Shown: in pieces, positions 1 through 11,638 of the stretch
Layout: every line of letters begins with the position of its first letter
Position numbering within the stretch: the first letter of the stretch is position 1
Assembly (NCBI RefSeq): GCF_036321535.1
Contig: NC_087437.1
Coordinates: 103,790,001-103,854,000 of the forward strand
Reading direction: 5' to 3'
Source: Camelus dromedarius
Taxonomy: Eukaryota
Length of the DNA stretch: 64,000 bases
Made by a program: the position numbers and the translations under genes
Notes under the pieces: model-generated
Database searches by the model: none
The model's input: only the letters and a program-made list of their open reading frames with translations
Told to the model about the DNA's origin: nothing

Positions 1-105
1 CTTTTCTTAAATCTACGTAGTTAGCCATTTTCTACTGAACTTTTCTTTCTTTTCCAATTTTATGATAGTCCTTTCTTATGTTTTTTACCACAAAATTGAT
101 TTGAG

Positions 106-312
106 ACTCATCAAATCCCATAAATGGGGTGAAAGCAAAAGCTATCCTTGCTTGTGAGAAAAAAATTTACAAACATCACATCATACTTTATGGAAGTGAA
201 TTCCTTATGGAAATAAATGAAGGGGTTGAGTTTAAAATTTAATTTAATGAAAACAAAACAGAAACAATATGTCCTGATATAGAAGCAAGGAGGCAAAAAG
301 AAGCATCAGCAG
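106..312 (+). other. Candidate (possibly pseudogenised) exon
   Basis: Pyrimidine tract ~69-86, AG at 104-105, donor CAG|GTAAAG at 312/313. The frame with codons starting at 105 is open except for TAA at 240-242. It ends in phase 1, matching the acceptor at 1379. Confidence 0.2.
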
Positions 313-1378
313 GTAAAGTGTGATTAAAAATTTTATGAGGGGGATCCTTGACCCTCACTACTCTCCAGAGATTAACAAGGGCTCAGCTGATATTCAGGTT
401 ATACTGCTAGTAAGTATATAAACCATATGACACTGTTATTATTATGTTTGCTGTTAATCACAGAAGCGTAATTAATATCCCCGCTTTCAGTCCAAGACAA
501 CACTAAAATTTGGGAACTAGTATTTGGATCCAGTTTGTTTCATATCTTTTTTAATGTCTCCAAGAAATTGTACTGGACCATACCATTGAATTCTCTAACA
601 TATCAAAATTATATGCTTCAAATATACATATCCCCTTTGTGTTTTACATCTTTAGTTTGTGATTCTTGTTCAGAGTTTTAAGAAAATAAAAACTGTTCAA
701 TAAATTATCTTGAGCACATTATGTCATACTTCCTGCAATGATAGAAATATTATTTTGTATATCATTAAGTTCTTATTGGGGTATCATAGGTAGGTTCTTA
801 CTGATGTAATGTAATTAGTTCAGTCCAAATGTATGTAGGAGAAAATTGGTAAGCTAGTGTAGACTTGAAAACAACACATCATATAAAGGGATGGAGATTT
901 GTCCTAAACTTCTGCTGACAAAGCTTCTTTATCTTACTACATGCAATGTGTTTTAACAGCTCTTTCCCTGGGATTTTTCTGTTTAATCTCAGAAGTGCAA
1001 CTGAACATTACGTCAATGATATGCATCAAGTCTGTATTTAAGAAATATAGATAAATTAAATAAAGTTATTGAACTTTGTGATTTGCTTGGGAGCCACTAC
1101 CATGGTATGCTTTCCCTTACTAATTAAAAAAAGAATGATTAAATAAACACGTAAATAATAAAACTGTTTAGCTGTAGAAGCAACAAAATCATGGAGAAAG
1201 ATTTATCCTTTATTTCTATTTCTATGGTATTTTTATTAAAGGTTGTATTGGTTTCCCACTTGACAAAAAACTTAACCTTCCACATTAGAATATTTGATGT
1301 TAGTTGAGGAAGAGAAAATATGTATGTATTGGAGATTATCTGTTTATTTAACAAATGTTTGTGTCTACTATTTTCAAG

Positions 1379-1527
1379 CACTGTGTAAGGCCCATAAGCT
1401 GGGCTTAATTAGTAGAAAATACAAGATCCCTGCACCTTGGTTCTTAAAGACAGGTGGGGATAAAAGCAGTGGAATTACAAGGATTACACCAGAAATGATT
1501 TCTATTCCACATATTATCAAGTACTAG
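1379..1527 (+). other. Candidate terminal exon (…ALCKAHKLGLISRKYKIPAPWFLKTGGDKSSGITRITPEMISIPHIIKY*)
   Basis: Branch-like TTTAAC ~1347-1352, acceptor TTTTCAAG (AG 1377-1378), about 49 open codons to TAG 1525-1527, AATAAA at 1662 and 1911. Product not recognised. Confidence 0.3.
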
Positions 1528-2471
1528 CCTACAAGTGTATTTTATAACTTGTTCTGCTAACAATTTATATGTAAATACAAGCTGCCCTGTCTTTAAAAAA
1601 AAACAAACTGAAAAAAAAATCAACATTTTCAAAACCAATTTTTGTAGGTTTAATTAGATGTAATAAAACCCAGACATGTGATTATTGTATCACATGTGAT
1701 TCCTAGTCTTACAAGTGACTTACATGTGCATTCAAGTAATTTAAAATTCAAGAGCCAACAGATATTTTAACAAAGCTTATCCAAATAACAATGCTAAAAT
1801 CTCATTACAGGAAAAACACTGTCTCATAAACACAATAAGAAATGATCTAATTGGCTACATTAACAATTTCAATTTTATTCCACTTTATTATTCAATCTCT
1901 AACCAGTTGCAATAAATGCTCTAAGAAACTAATTAATATTCTCAGACAAAGCTCATGTTAATTCTGAACATACTGAGTGACTTCTGAATTTGAGAAAAGA
2001 AAAAAATATTTAGGTCAACAAAATTGCATTTAACAGTAGTGAGCTATTTTTTGACAAAGCCTGTGATTGTAAAAGTAGCTATTGTTCTTTCTGTCACCAA
2101 ATATTTCATTTTTTAAATATGCTTTGATTTTTAAAGCTCAAAACACTGACTTGCCATATGATTGTATTCTTCAGTGTATCTTAAAAGTTTTAATAGACTG
2201 CAAAAATCTGAAAGTGGTATTGGTGACATTTAGGCTCATGAATTAAGAAAGACACATTTTATTTACTGATATATATTCAATCTGATAATATGTCATGATA
2301 GTGAATGTCTAATATATAAAGAATTAATTTTCTTAGTAATAGCAATGATATCATTTTGGATTGCATCCCTATGAATTCAACTTATTAACCATGAATTGCT
2401 ATTAAAATCCAACAGGGTTGTATAAATGTGTTAAATACAATTTTAAATTACTGATGCCATTTTACTTTTTT

Positions 2472-3073
2472 TGTTACTGGAAGGAGGGAGGTAAGAATTA
2501 CTTCGTTTCTTAGTCACCCGGAAAAAAATAATTTTTAACAGAAGACAAAGTATGATATAAACAAGATTTTGTTAGTAAAGTAAAAAGGTAGTAAAATATG
2601 GAACACTCCTGAGAATTGGGAGCGGGCCAATCCAGGACAGGAAAAATCACACCTCTCCTTTGTTTTTCCTGTTGTTTATATCCTGGCTTAGGGGGTGTTT
2701 TCCTGATTGATTCACGGCTCAGGTTCTTTGAGTGCTCAGGCTGACTGACAGCTTAGTTCCTTGTGCTCAGGCACGCCCATCCCTTCTGTGCACGTTCTTA
2801 CCCAGGATGCACACAGAGAAACCTGCAGGAGGGGGCTCAAACTGCTATGTTATTACATTATAATGAGCATTGGGTCAAGTTAAGCCGGGTCCTTCTCCCT
2901 ACTGTGCAGCTGCAGTGTTTGATCCAAGCCGGCCTCTTTGCTGGCCCTCATTTAGAGAAAGTAAGTTTTTGGAGCCCCTTATCCTGAGTGCAGGCGTGCT
3001 GTTACTTTCTGGGTTGCTCCTTTCCCCTGCCTCTCCCCCTGCCCAGTGCTCATTTCTATCTAACTGCCTAACA
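2472..3073 (-). mobile_element. ERV1-type solo LTR
   Basis: TGTTA…TAACA inverted termini, T-run target-site duplication on both sides, GC-richer than flanks. Minus strand begins TGTTAGGCAGTTAGATAG and resembles the start of the LTR at 10992. Confidence 0.75.
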
Positions 3074-3595
3074 TTTTTACCTTTTAGGGAGTGTCTAATA
3101 CCTAAACTTAATTATTTCCAAGATATATCTAAAAGTCTAGATTTTTAAACTGAATATAAAGAATTATTTATTTTTAGAAGCTGTGATTTATAGAAAGAGA
3201 TTTGTCATATAATTATTAGCACTAATACATCTAAGTCTTTAATTATCAGTTACCACCTGAATGACACAATGTTTTAGAGTATGAGCTTAATATTCATTCA
3301 CTAATCATGTATTAGTAACTCAGATGACATGTCCTTATTTATCTTTGTCTTATTAAGAAGAATCAGTATGGAGCACTGAGCCCAACCAGCAGTATAATCA
3401 TTAAGTTACACGCAAACTGGAATATGTATCCTGATTTGGCACCCATCCTTTTCTCTGATGATAACTGCTAAAGACTGAAAAAATAATTCTTCAGTTTTTT
3501 GCTATTCCCTATGAATAGTCAAATCAAAACAGAGACAATATAGCTACAACACAGAGTGATTACAATATACTTTTTGTCTTAAAAATAAAGAATAA

Positions 3596-3730
3596 GGGGG
3601 GTAGGGTGTAGCTCAGCGGTAGAGAGCAGCTTAGTATACACAAGGTCCTGGGTTCAATTCTCAGTCCTTCCTCTAAAAATAAACATATAATTAACACCAC
3701 CCCTGCCCCCCCCAAAATAAAAGTAAAATA
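3596..3730 (+). mobile_element. tRNA-derived SINE (Vic-1-like, camelid)
   Basis: GGGGGTAGGGTGTAGCTCAGCGGTAGAG (A box)…GGTTCAATTC (B box), A-rich tail with C-rich patch. Homologous to the copy at 29391. Confidence 0.85.
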
Positions 3731-4091
3731 ATGAGAACTAACAAAGTAAAGCTAAAATTAAAGCTTTATAAACACAAACAAAATGGAAAACTTCTGGCAA
3801 TACTATGTCAAAAAAAGTTCTCCGAACTGAGGAATTCTTGCATATTTTGAATAAAAAATAGTGAAAAGGTTGAATTTAGTAAATACATACTTAATGGTAA
3901 GTCACCCAGCTCACTCCTCATACTTAGTTTCCACAGCTGTTAACAGCCAGTTCTAGACATTCTACAGACAAATAATCAGAAGAAAATACTCTTGGGAATT
4001 TATCAAGTTCAACAAGAGATAACTGAAGATGGTAGCATTGGGCACCCTCTAATGAAATGCCCCTGAGGATGAACTACAATAAATAATACAG

Positions 4092-4453
4092 ACTCATATG
4101 TGGAATCTAAAAAAAACCCAAAAAACAAAAATAAAAAAAAAAAAAGCATAAATACAAAACAGAAACAGACTCACAGACATAGAATACAAACTTGTGGTTG
4201 CCAAGGGGGTGGGAACTGGGAAGAGATAGACTGGGATTTCAGAATTGTAGAATAGATAAACAAGATTATACTGTATGGCACAGGGAAATATATACAAGAT
4301 CTCACGGTAGCTCACAGAGAAAAAAATGTGACAATGAATATATATATGTTCATGCATAACTGAAAAATTGTGCTCTACACTGGAATTTGACACAGCATTG
4401 TAAAATGATTATAAATCAATAAAAAATGTTAAAAAAAAAGATAAATAAAAAAA
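4092..4453 (+). mobile_element. Young 5'-truncated LINE-1 (3'UTR only)
   Basis: Starts at the ORF2 end (TATGTGGAATCTAA), ends AATCAATAAAAAATGTT-polyA. TSD AATACAG at 4085-4091 and 4454-4460. Closely matches the reverse complement of 61292-61625. Confidence 0.9.
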
Positions 4454-4774
4454 AATACAGGCAGCATGCCAAAAGCATGGATACAGAGCCTTCTATTAAT
4501 TAATTTTTAGAAATCCATCCTTAAATACAAGTAGAAAACAAGCATCGGCAGGTATCTTTGGAAAACTGCAATGACGAAAGATAAAAATCAAACAAGTAAG
4601 TGGATAGAAGCAACATGAAGAAAAGAAGTTCTAGTAGAAGGAGACTTTCACAAATGTACCATTCATGTCCTCAGAGGAATAAAAAGAGGAAAAAATGTGA
4701 TCAATGAAAAGAAGCAGTAGGTTAGAAAACAGACAGATTAAGAGAACAAAACAAGTTCTTGGATATTATAAGTA

Positions 4775-5975
4775 TGACAGCCTACCACTGTTGGGCATTT
4801 ATCCCAGACAAATGCAAACTTACATTTAAGCAAAAATGTATACGCAGTTGTTCATAGAAGCTCTTTTCATAATAATCCAACACTGGCCCAGGCCCAAAGT
4901 CTTTTAGTAAAGCAACGGCACATCCATGCCTTGGAATACGACTCAGAATCCAAAAAATGAACAATCTTACTAAAACACATTACAACTTGAATAATCTCAA
5001 AATAATTATGCTGAGGGAAAAAAATCATCTCAAAAGGTTACATATTTATATGAGTCCTTCTATATAACATTTATGAAATAATATTATAGAGATGGAAACA
5101 GATTAATGGCTTTCAGGGGTTAGTGATGGGACAGGTAGGGAAGGGTGTGGTTATGAAAGAATAGCACAAAAAAGTCCTGTGGTGATGGAACTGTTCTTTG
5201 TCTCGATTAAGATGCTTGTTACACAAAGCCGCATATGTGATAAAATTGTGTAACTGAGCAGGACCCTGTGGGAACTTCCTGGGACAGACCCCCTCCCCCC
5301 ATATCCTCTGCTGTAGCTCCTCTCTGAAGTACCCAGATAATAGTATCTCATGTATATTTCCTGAGTTTTTCAGATGCTATAAAACACCACCAAAAGGAGG
5401 AAATTAACTACTTGATGATTGTGAGCACTTGGCCCCCAGACCTTCTGGTGCCTAGGGGTTGATAGTGTTGACCTCTCTGACCTCACTTCAATCAGAGAAT
5501 TGAGCCGAGCTGATTACTTACCCTGCGACCTCCTTCCCTTACCTGGCCTTTAAACACACTTTGCTGAACCCCTCTGGGAACTCAGGGTTTTCTTGGGCAT
5601 GAGCCACCCCATCCTCCTTGCTCGGCCCTGCAGTAAACCTTTCTCTGCTCCAAACTTCAGCATTAAGGTTTGTTTGGCGTCATGGTATGTTGGGCACCAG
5701 AACTTGCCTGCAGTATCAATTGCATAGAACTACATATATGAATGAGCGGGCATGCTCAAGTGCATACACACACAAAGTGCTTGTAAAACTGGTGAAATCT
5801 GAATAAACTCTGGATTGTACACAGACAGTTCACCAGTTTTGATAGTGTACTATGGCTGTGCAAGATGTTAGCATTGGGAGAAGCGAGGTCAAACGTGTAT
5901 GAAACCTCTCTGTATTGTTTTTTAAAAAAGCTCCCATGAATCTATAATCACTTGAAATTATGTATTTTTTGAAAT
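4775..5975 (+). mobile_element. Ancient L1M (L1MC/MD-like) 3' end, interrupted by an LTR
   Basis: TTGGGCATTTATCCCAGA, ATTATGCTGAG…, GTGATAAAATTG|CATAGAAC rejoins across the LTR, GGTGAAATCTGAATAA, and CAAGATGTTAGCATTGGG are typical L1M 3' motifs. Confidence 0.75.
5249..5718 (+). mobile_element. ERV1-type solo LTR (470 bp)
   Basis: TG…CA termini and exact 4-bp TSD ATTG (5245-5248, 5719-5722). AGTAAA polyA-like signal ~5632. Confidence 0.9.
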
Positions 5976-6300
5976 ACAGTAAACTAAAGAAAAATTGATA
6001 CAAGCTTTTGGGAAATGTAGTTAAGTGTGTTTCCCATAAATCAGAAGGGGAAAAAAAGCACAAAACACAGAAAAAATAGAAAAATAAAATTTAAGACCAA
6101 TCCAGGAGAGTCAGTAATTGAAGTAAAATGATATTTTAATTGGAGAACAAAGAAAAAGGAGAGGAAGACTATTGATAGGTGCAGCCTGTATTTATAACAG
6201 TTTACATTTTCTCACCTACAAAATTTGTATTTAACTTCCCTTCAGAATGGATTCCAAGCCTAGCAGAGAGTGGATAACCATAAACGTCACTGTCCTCTAA

Positions 6301-6510
6301 GCGGGGTTCGGCAAATGACGGCCTGATGGCTAAATCTGCCCCAACACTTCGTTTTGTACAGTCTACAAAAATACAAATTCCTTTACAATAATTTTAAAAA
6401 TGATTATAAACGGTTACATAAGTATCTAAATAATATCTTAAAACTTCTCTCCTAACAAGCCTAAAATATTTACTATCTGGCTCTTTAAGAAAACATTTGC
6501 CAATCTTTCA
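6301..6510. mobile_element. MER58-like hAT-Charlie DNA transposon
   Basis: GGGGTTCGGCAAA… start and AAGCCTAAAATATTTACTATCTGGCTCTTTA…TTTGCC end match the MER58 pattern. Confidence 0.75.
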
Positions 6511-6914
6511 TCGAGAGGAATCAAGAAAATGAATTTTCTGCAGAGGTCAGGTTTGGATGAGACCAAACAGTGATCTGCCTAACAAAACTGGAAATTGTGC
6601 CAGGTGGGAAATATGTCCTCTATTACAGAGAAAGACAACTGCTGTGACATTAATCGACAAACCCATAAACTGAGAAACATTCAGGAAATTTACTGTAATT
6701 TCAAAGCTAAATGCATACCAGTAGTTGAATTTCACAAGTCCAAAATACTGAAAAACTGTGAGATTGGTAATTACTTTCTTGGAATGGAAAGCACAGTGTA
6801 GAATAGTTTTGAAAAACTCAGTTCCACAAAATCCTCATAAAATTGGTTAATGTCTACATTAATTTGTTCCAGGGTCTCACTAGAAATTTGGTGTGAACCA
6901 AAAAATTCAAAAGG

Positions 6915-6940
6915 ATCCTTAAAAACTGGTTTTTAAGGAT
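6915..6940. repeat. Perfect 12-bp inverted repeat, 2-nt spacer
   Basis: ATCCTTAAAAAC-TG-GTTTTTAAGGAT. Confidence 0.95.
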
Positions 6941-9397
6941 GCTGTCACATCAAAAAACGTTCAAAGGATAATGTTTTATGTGAGTTTAATTTATATGAGA
7001 AAATATTTTAAACATGAAATAATCTATTGAAGGTCATAAAAAGATTCATAAAGCTAACAGCTAATTCTAAAGACTCATAGAATACAAAAATTTGTAACAT
7101 AAATAATATGGGCAAATAGAATTACAGACAGCAACTGACCACACTGATATATTAACAGATGGTACTTGTGCTTCTGATAAACCCTAAAAATGGAAATATT
7201 TGCAGAGATAGAAAGTGCCAGAAGATACTACTTTTGATAGGACAGATTCAGAGATCAGATTCTCTAGGAGCAGAACTTAAAACAAATTTTAGGGCACAAA
7301 ATATTCATTATGGATCAACATCTATGAAAGGAAAAAGATGGACACAGTATCGGGCACATGGACGAAGTTTCACTGCAAATTATGCCAACATTTCCTCATC
7401 GAACTCTGTATCACAATGTCAAAGAAATTCTAATAGAAAGTAGAAAATTCACAGAGGTTCCCAGAAACATTTTTCTGAGGATGTTTTTAAATCTGAAGGA
7501 GAGAGAGATCTCTATATTGAAAAAAATAACATTTTGGTATAAGAAAACTACTTCGAATATTTACTAAATCATTAACATTGATTTCAGATTCTACAAGCTA
7601 GTTAAGAGAATCTTTTTGGAGGAATTTTTTTTTTTTTCATAGAGTAAACAGAATAAGTACTATGCATAAACAGAAATCCAAACAGCTAAACAAAACACAC
7701 TGTTATTTCAGCAAACTCTTCTGATTGTAAACCTTCCAATATTTTACTTTTCCAAAATCAAAGAAAAATGAGTCTATTTTACCCAAATGTATCATAATTA
7801 TTACTCAAAAATTGTCCTAAGCATTTTTTTTGTAATTTTGTTTGAATTACAGTATAATAAATCTGAGGAGACCATTCAGTTCAGCTTTCTGGGTCAAGCT
7901 GACATAAAGATCATGCATTCATTAATATTTTGCCTCAAAAATCTCAGATACTGTATATGCAATTAGGAAGGTTTTATTCAGCACTCAGAACTGAGAGCAG
8001 AATCATTCTATCTGTAATGCTGTACTTGTTAGATGCAATATCATCCCAACATTTCACTTAAGTGTAAGAATGGTTTGCTAAAGTACTTCAGTATTTTGTT
8101 TTGCAATATGAATATACTCACTTTGCAATTACAGATTTATTTAACTGAAAAAGGGACATACTAACACTTTCTTATTTAAGAGCTTATGCTGCTTTCTTCT
8201 TTTTTAATTTTTTCATATACACATATGCACATTATTTTAAGAGTCAAATGCTTCAATAAGTTTGTTATGAAAACAATAGCTTCCTTTCCTCACTTCATCC
8301 ATTTCTCCCTTCCCAGAGACAAGGACTTGCAAATAATTAGCCAAGAGTATCAACTTTTGTAAAGCTGTTTTTCATCAAATAATGTATCAGTTTTAAAGAA
8401 GCATCTTTATCCTCTCTTATCTGGGCTGGTGGTTAGCTGGGTCTTGCACATTACTGTTTTTTGGTAACTCCATTCATTTTGGTAACCTCCTTCCTGGATA
8501 AAATATCCTATTTCCTTTTTCTTTTATCCCATGCCATCCTTAATTTGGTGCTTCCATTATAGCATCTTGGGAAAGACTGTATGAGTCCTAATACTTTTTA
8601 TGCTGTGTTCTCTTAATTAACTTTTCATATTTGATTGACTGCTTGGGTATTGAGTTTAAACCCAAATGTGTGTGTGTTTTTTTAATTTAAAAAGTATTGC
8701 TTCCTATTTTCTGGCTTTCAGAATTTCCCATGAAGTTATTTTGGTTTATTATATTTTGTGTCTTCTTGCTGTCTTGTTTTCTTTTTATTTTCCTCTCTCT
8801 TTCTCTCTTTCTTTCTCTTCTGCACTCCTCCCCCATTTAAGGCCATTTTTTGTTCATGCTGTGAAATATCATGATAACTTTCTACATATACATCCATTTT
8901 CATCCATTCTCTTTAGCACTGAACGGATTTTTTTTCAATCTAGAAACTCAACACTTTTTAGGTATAAAAATGTTAAGTTCCATAGCCCTTTCACTAAAAC
9001 GTGACAGGTCACACCTCCCTAGTTTTCACTATTTTTATTTCTGAAAGGAGTGTTCTTAATTTTATAAAGAAAACTATGTAAAATATTAATTACAAACCTA
9101 TGTTGATGGAAAAACAATGTATGAAGATGAATTGTGATTAAAAATAGCATAAAGGAGTGGTGGACTAGAGCTCTACAGGAGCCAATGTCTAAATATTAGT
9201 GAAATTACACGGCTATTAATCTGAACTAGATTGTTATAATGTTAGTGGAAATAACATATCCTTACAGGTTAAGAAAATCTCCAAAGGACACAGCATTCTA
9301 CTGACAAGTTATCAATTAATCTTTTTTGCCCATTTCAAAGTATCATAAAAAGATTAATGCTTGTCCTTCCATGTTCTGTGAGATATCACAGGTCGTA

Positions 9398-9953
9398 GGA
9401 ACCTGTGAGAATGTCATTTTATAATGCAGAAGGGACTTTGCAGATGTGATTAAGGTCAAGGACACTGTGAGAGGGAGATTATCCTGGCTCACCAGGGTTG
9501 GCCTAATCTAATCACTCAAGTCCCTAAAACTGAGAATCTTTCCTGCATAATTAAGAGGTTAAGTGGAAGGAGAGATTTGAAGTGTATGAGAGACTGGCCC
9601 CTCCTTGCTGGCTTTCATGATGGAGGATGGGGAAAGGGAGACAGGAGCCAAGGAGTCTGGGTGCCCTCTAGAAGCTGGGAAGTGTCCTCACCTGACAGCT
9701 AGCAGGACACAGGAACTTAACATCGATGGTCGCAAGGACCTGAATTTTGTCAGTGGCTTGAATGGGCAAGGAAACAGTTCCTACCCTAGAGCCTCTAGGA
9801 AGGAAGACAGTCCAGCAGACACCTTGATTTCAGCCCTGGGATGATACTTATGTCAGACTTCTGACCTACAGAATTCTGGGATAATAAATTAGTGCTATTT
9901 GGAGCGACTAAGCTTGTGATAATTTGCTAAGGCACTGACGGGAAACTCATGCA
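9398..9953 (+). mobile_element. MaLR LTR (MLT1D-like)
   Basis: GGGACTTTGCAGATGTGATTAAG, GAGATTATCCTGG, ACACCTTGATTTCAGCCC, GACTTCTGACCTACAGAA, AATAAA ~9883. Confidence 0.85.
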
Positions 9954-10009
9954 GATATGATTAACTTTTCCTTATAAATACATACTAAATATATGAATGG
10001 ATTGACTAT

Positions 10010-10762
10010 TATAAACAGTGGGAAGAAGATAATCCTGTGGCCACAGGATAGGTTCTTACCTCACACAGGAAAGAATTCAAGTGCAAGGCACAGTAAAGTG
10101 AAAGTCGTTTATTCAGGGAGATGCATACTCCATGGAGTGTGGTCCCTCTCCATTCAAAGGGAGGGCAGCTTAGGAGATACACACTCCATCAGCGGAATGC
10201 GGGCCATCTCAAAAAGGTGAGAGGGGCAGAGACCGCGGGGTGTGGGGATGTTTAGTTTAAAGTAAAAGTAGATACACACTCCATAGATGGAGTGCAGGCC
10301 AACTCAGAAGGAGAGAGAGAAAGAGAGAGAGAGGGAGGGAGGGAGAGAAGGAGGGAGAGGGAGGGAGGGAGGGAAGGAGGGGGAGAGAGAGAGGGAGGGA
10401 GGGAGGGAAGGAGGGGGAGAGAGAGAGGGAGGGAGCGCGCAAGCGCGAGTGAGCATGGGCGTCATCAGGAGGTGCAGAGCTCTTAGTTTTTATGGGCTCG
10501 GTAATTTCATATGCTAATGAATAGGAGGATTATTCCAACTATGTTGGGAAAGGGGCAGGGAATTCCAGGAATTGGGACCCTACCCACTTTTTGAGCTTTT
10601 ATGAGTCTAGGAACTGTCATGGAGCCTGTGGCTGTGTCATGAGGCTCAAGGTCTACTTGAAGTTGAATCTTCTGTCATCTTTGTTCTAACCAGTGTGTCC
10701 TGTCCTCAATGGCTGTGTCATTCCTTCAGTGGTTGTGTCCTGCCCTCTTCCCTCCTGTCTCA
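10010..10762 (-). mobile_element. MER41-like ERV1 solo LTR
   Basis: Reverse complement aligns with the LTR at 32941 (TGAG-CAGGAGGGAAG start, CTATGGAGTGTG repeats, GAATTCTTTCC). Left boundary approximate. Confidence 0.85.
10306..10435. repeat. 130-nt pure purine (GA)n/(GGGA)n tract inside the LTR
   Basis: Only G/A from 10306 to 10435, with repeated GAGGGAGGGAGGGAAGGAGGGGGAGAGAGA units. Confidence 0.95.
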
Positions 10763-10991
10763 GTACGACTGCAGATTTTTTTTCCTGAATAAGTGGCATT
10801 TAGACACATAACTTGAAGATGGATTAACTTTTTAATTGGTAAAGAAGGGTTATAGAGAATGCAATTCAGTAACAGTTTGAGTGCCCCTAGGTAAGACGAT
10901 AAAAAGTATACTTTCCCAGAACTAGAAAGCAACCACTGTGGTTAGACCAATTGATTATATTCAATGAATAATGTGCTAAATACTTAATCAT

Positions 10992-11638
10992 TGTTACAGC
11001 AGGCAGATAGCTAGGTATGAGCAGAGAAAGGGAGACACAGACGAAATGGCAGTAACTGGGCAGAAAGGAGGGGCACAAGCCAAATGCAGGAAACCATGCA
11101 TCATGTAAGCACCAGGGGTCCCCAGGCGGAGAAAGAAAAGCTGGAATCTTTGGGCTGGTAAGGGGCCACATCTTTTGGCCTGGAAACCAACAAAGAAAGG
11201 TCAGAAAAGTCAGGAAATTCCAGTGTCCGAATGTGACCTTTTGCTCATTATGTCCTTATTGCAATAAAATTAGCCTTGCAGGTCAGAAGTACTGATCATG
11301 CACCGACGCCATGACACTTCTGATCCAGACTAAATAAAGACAAAAATCCCTCCTCCCTTTGGGAAGGTGGAGTTGAGATGATAATCAGGAAGTATGACCC
11401 CAAGCCCTTCCCTCCTCAATGAACATTCCACCCATTCATTTTTACACCCAATGTAACTAACTTGCCAAAGAAACTCAGGGCAGCTGCTCACCTGGGCCTG
11501 CCCGCTCTCCCCTTGAGAGTGTACTATCCATCCTTTAATAAATCCTCGCTTTACTTTTTTTAACCTCTAAGTCTTGTCTTTGAATTTTTTCTGGGATGGG
11601 ACAAGAACCTGGAACACTGGTTGGATCCACCGGCAACA
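10992..11638 (+). mobile_element. ERV1-type solo LTR (647 bp)
   Basis: TGTT…AACA termini, AATAAA ~11537 followed by TTGAATTTTTTCTGGGATGGGACAAGAACC (typical ERV1 U5). TSD degraded (TCAT/GTAT). Confidence 0.85.

Noticed and set aside
10257..10517. Three overlapping ORFs rich in E/R/G or S/P/L
   Set aside because: Translation artefacts of the GA/GGGA microsatellite.
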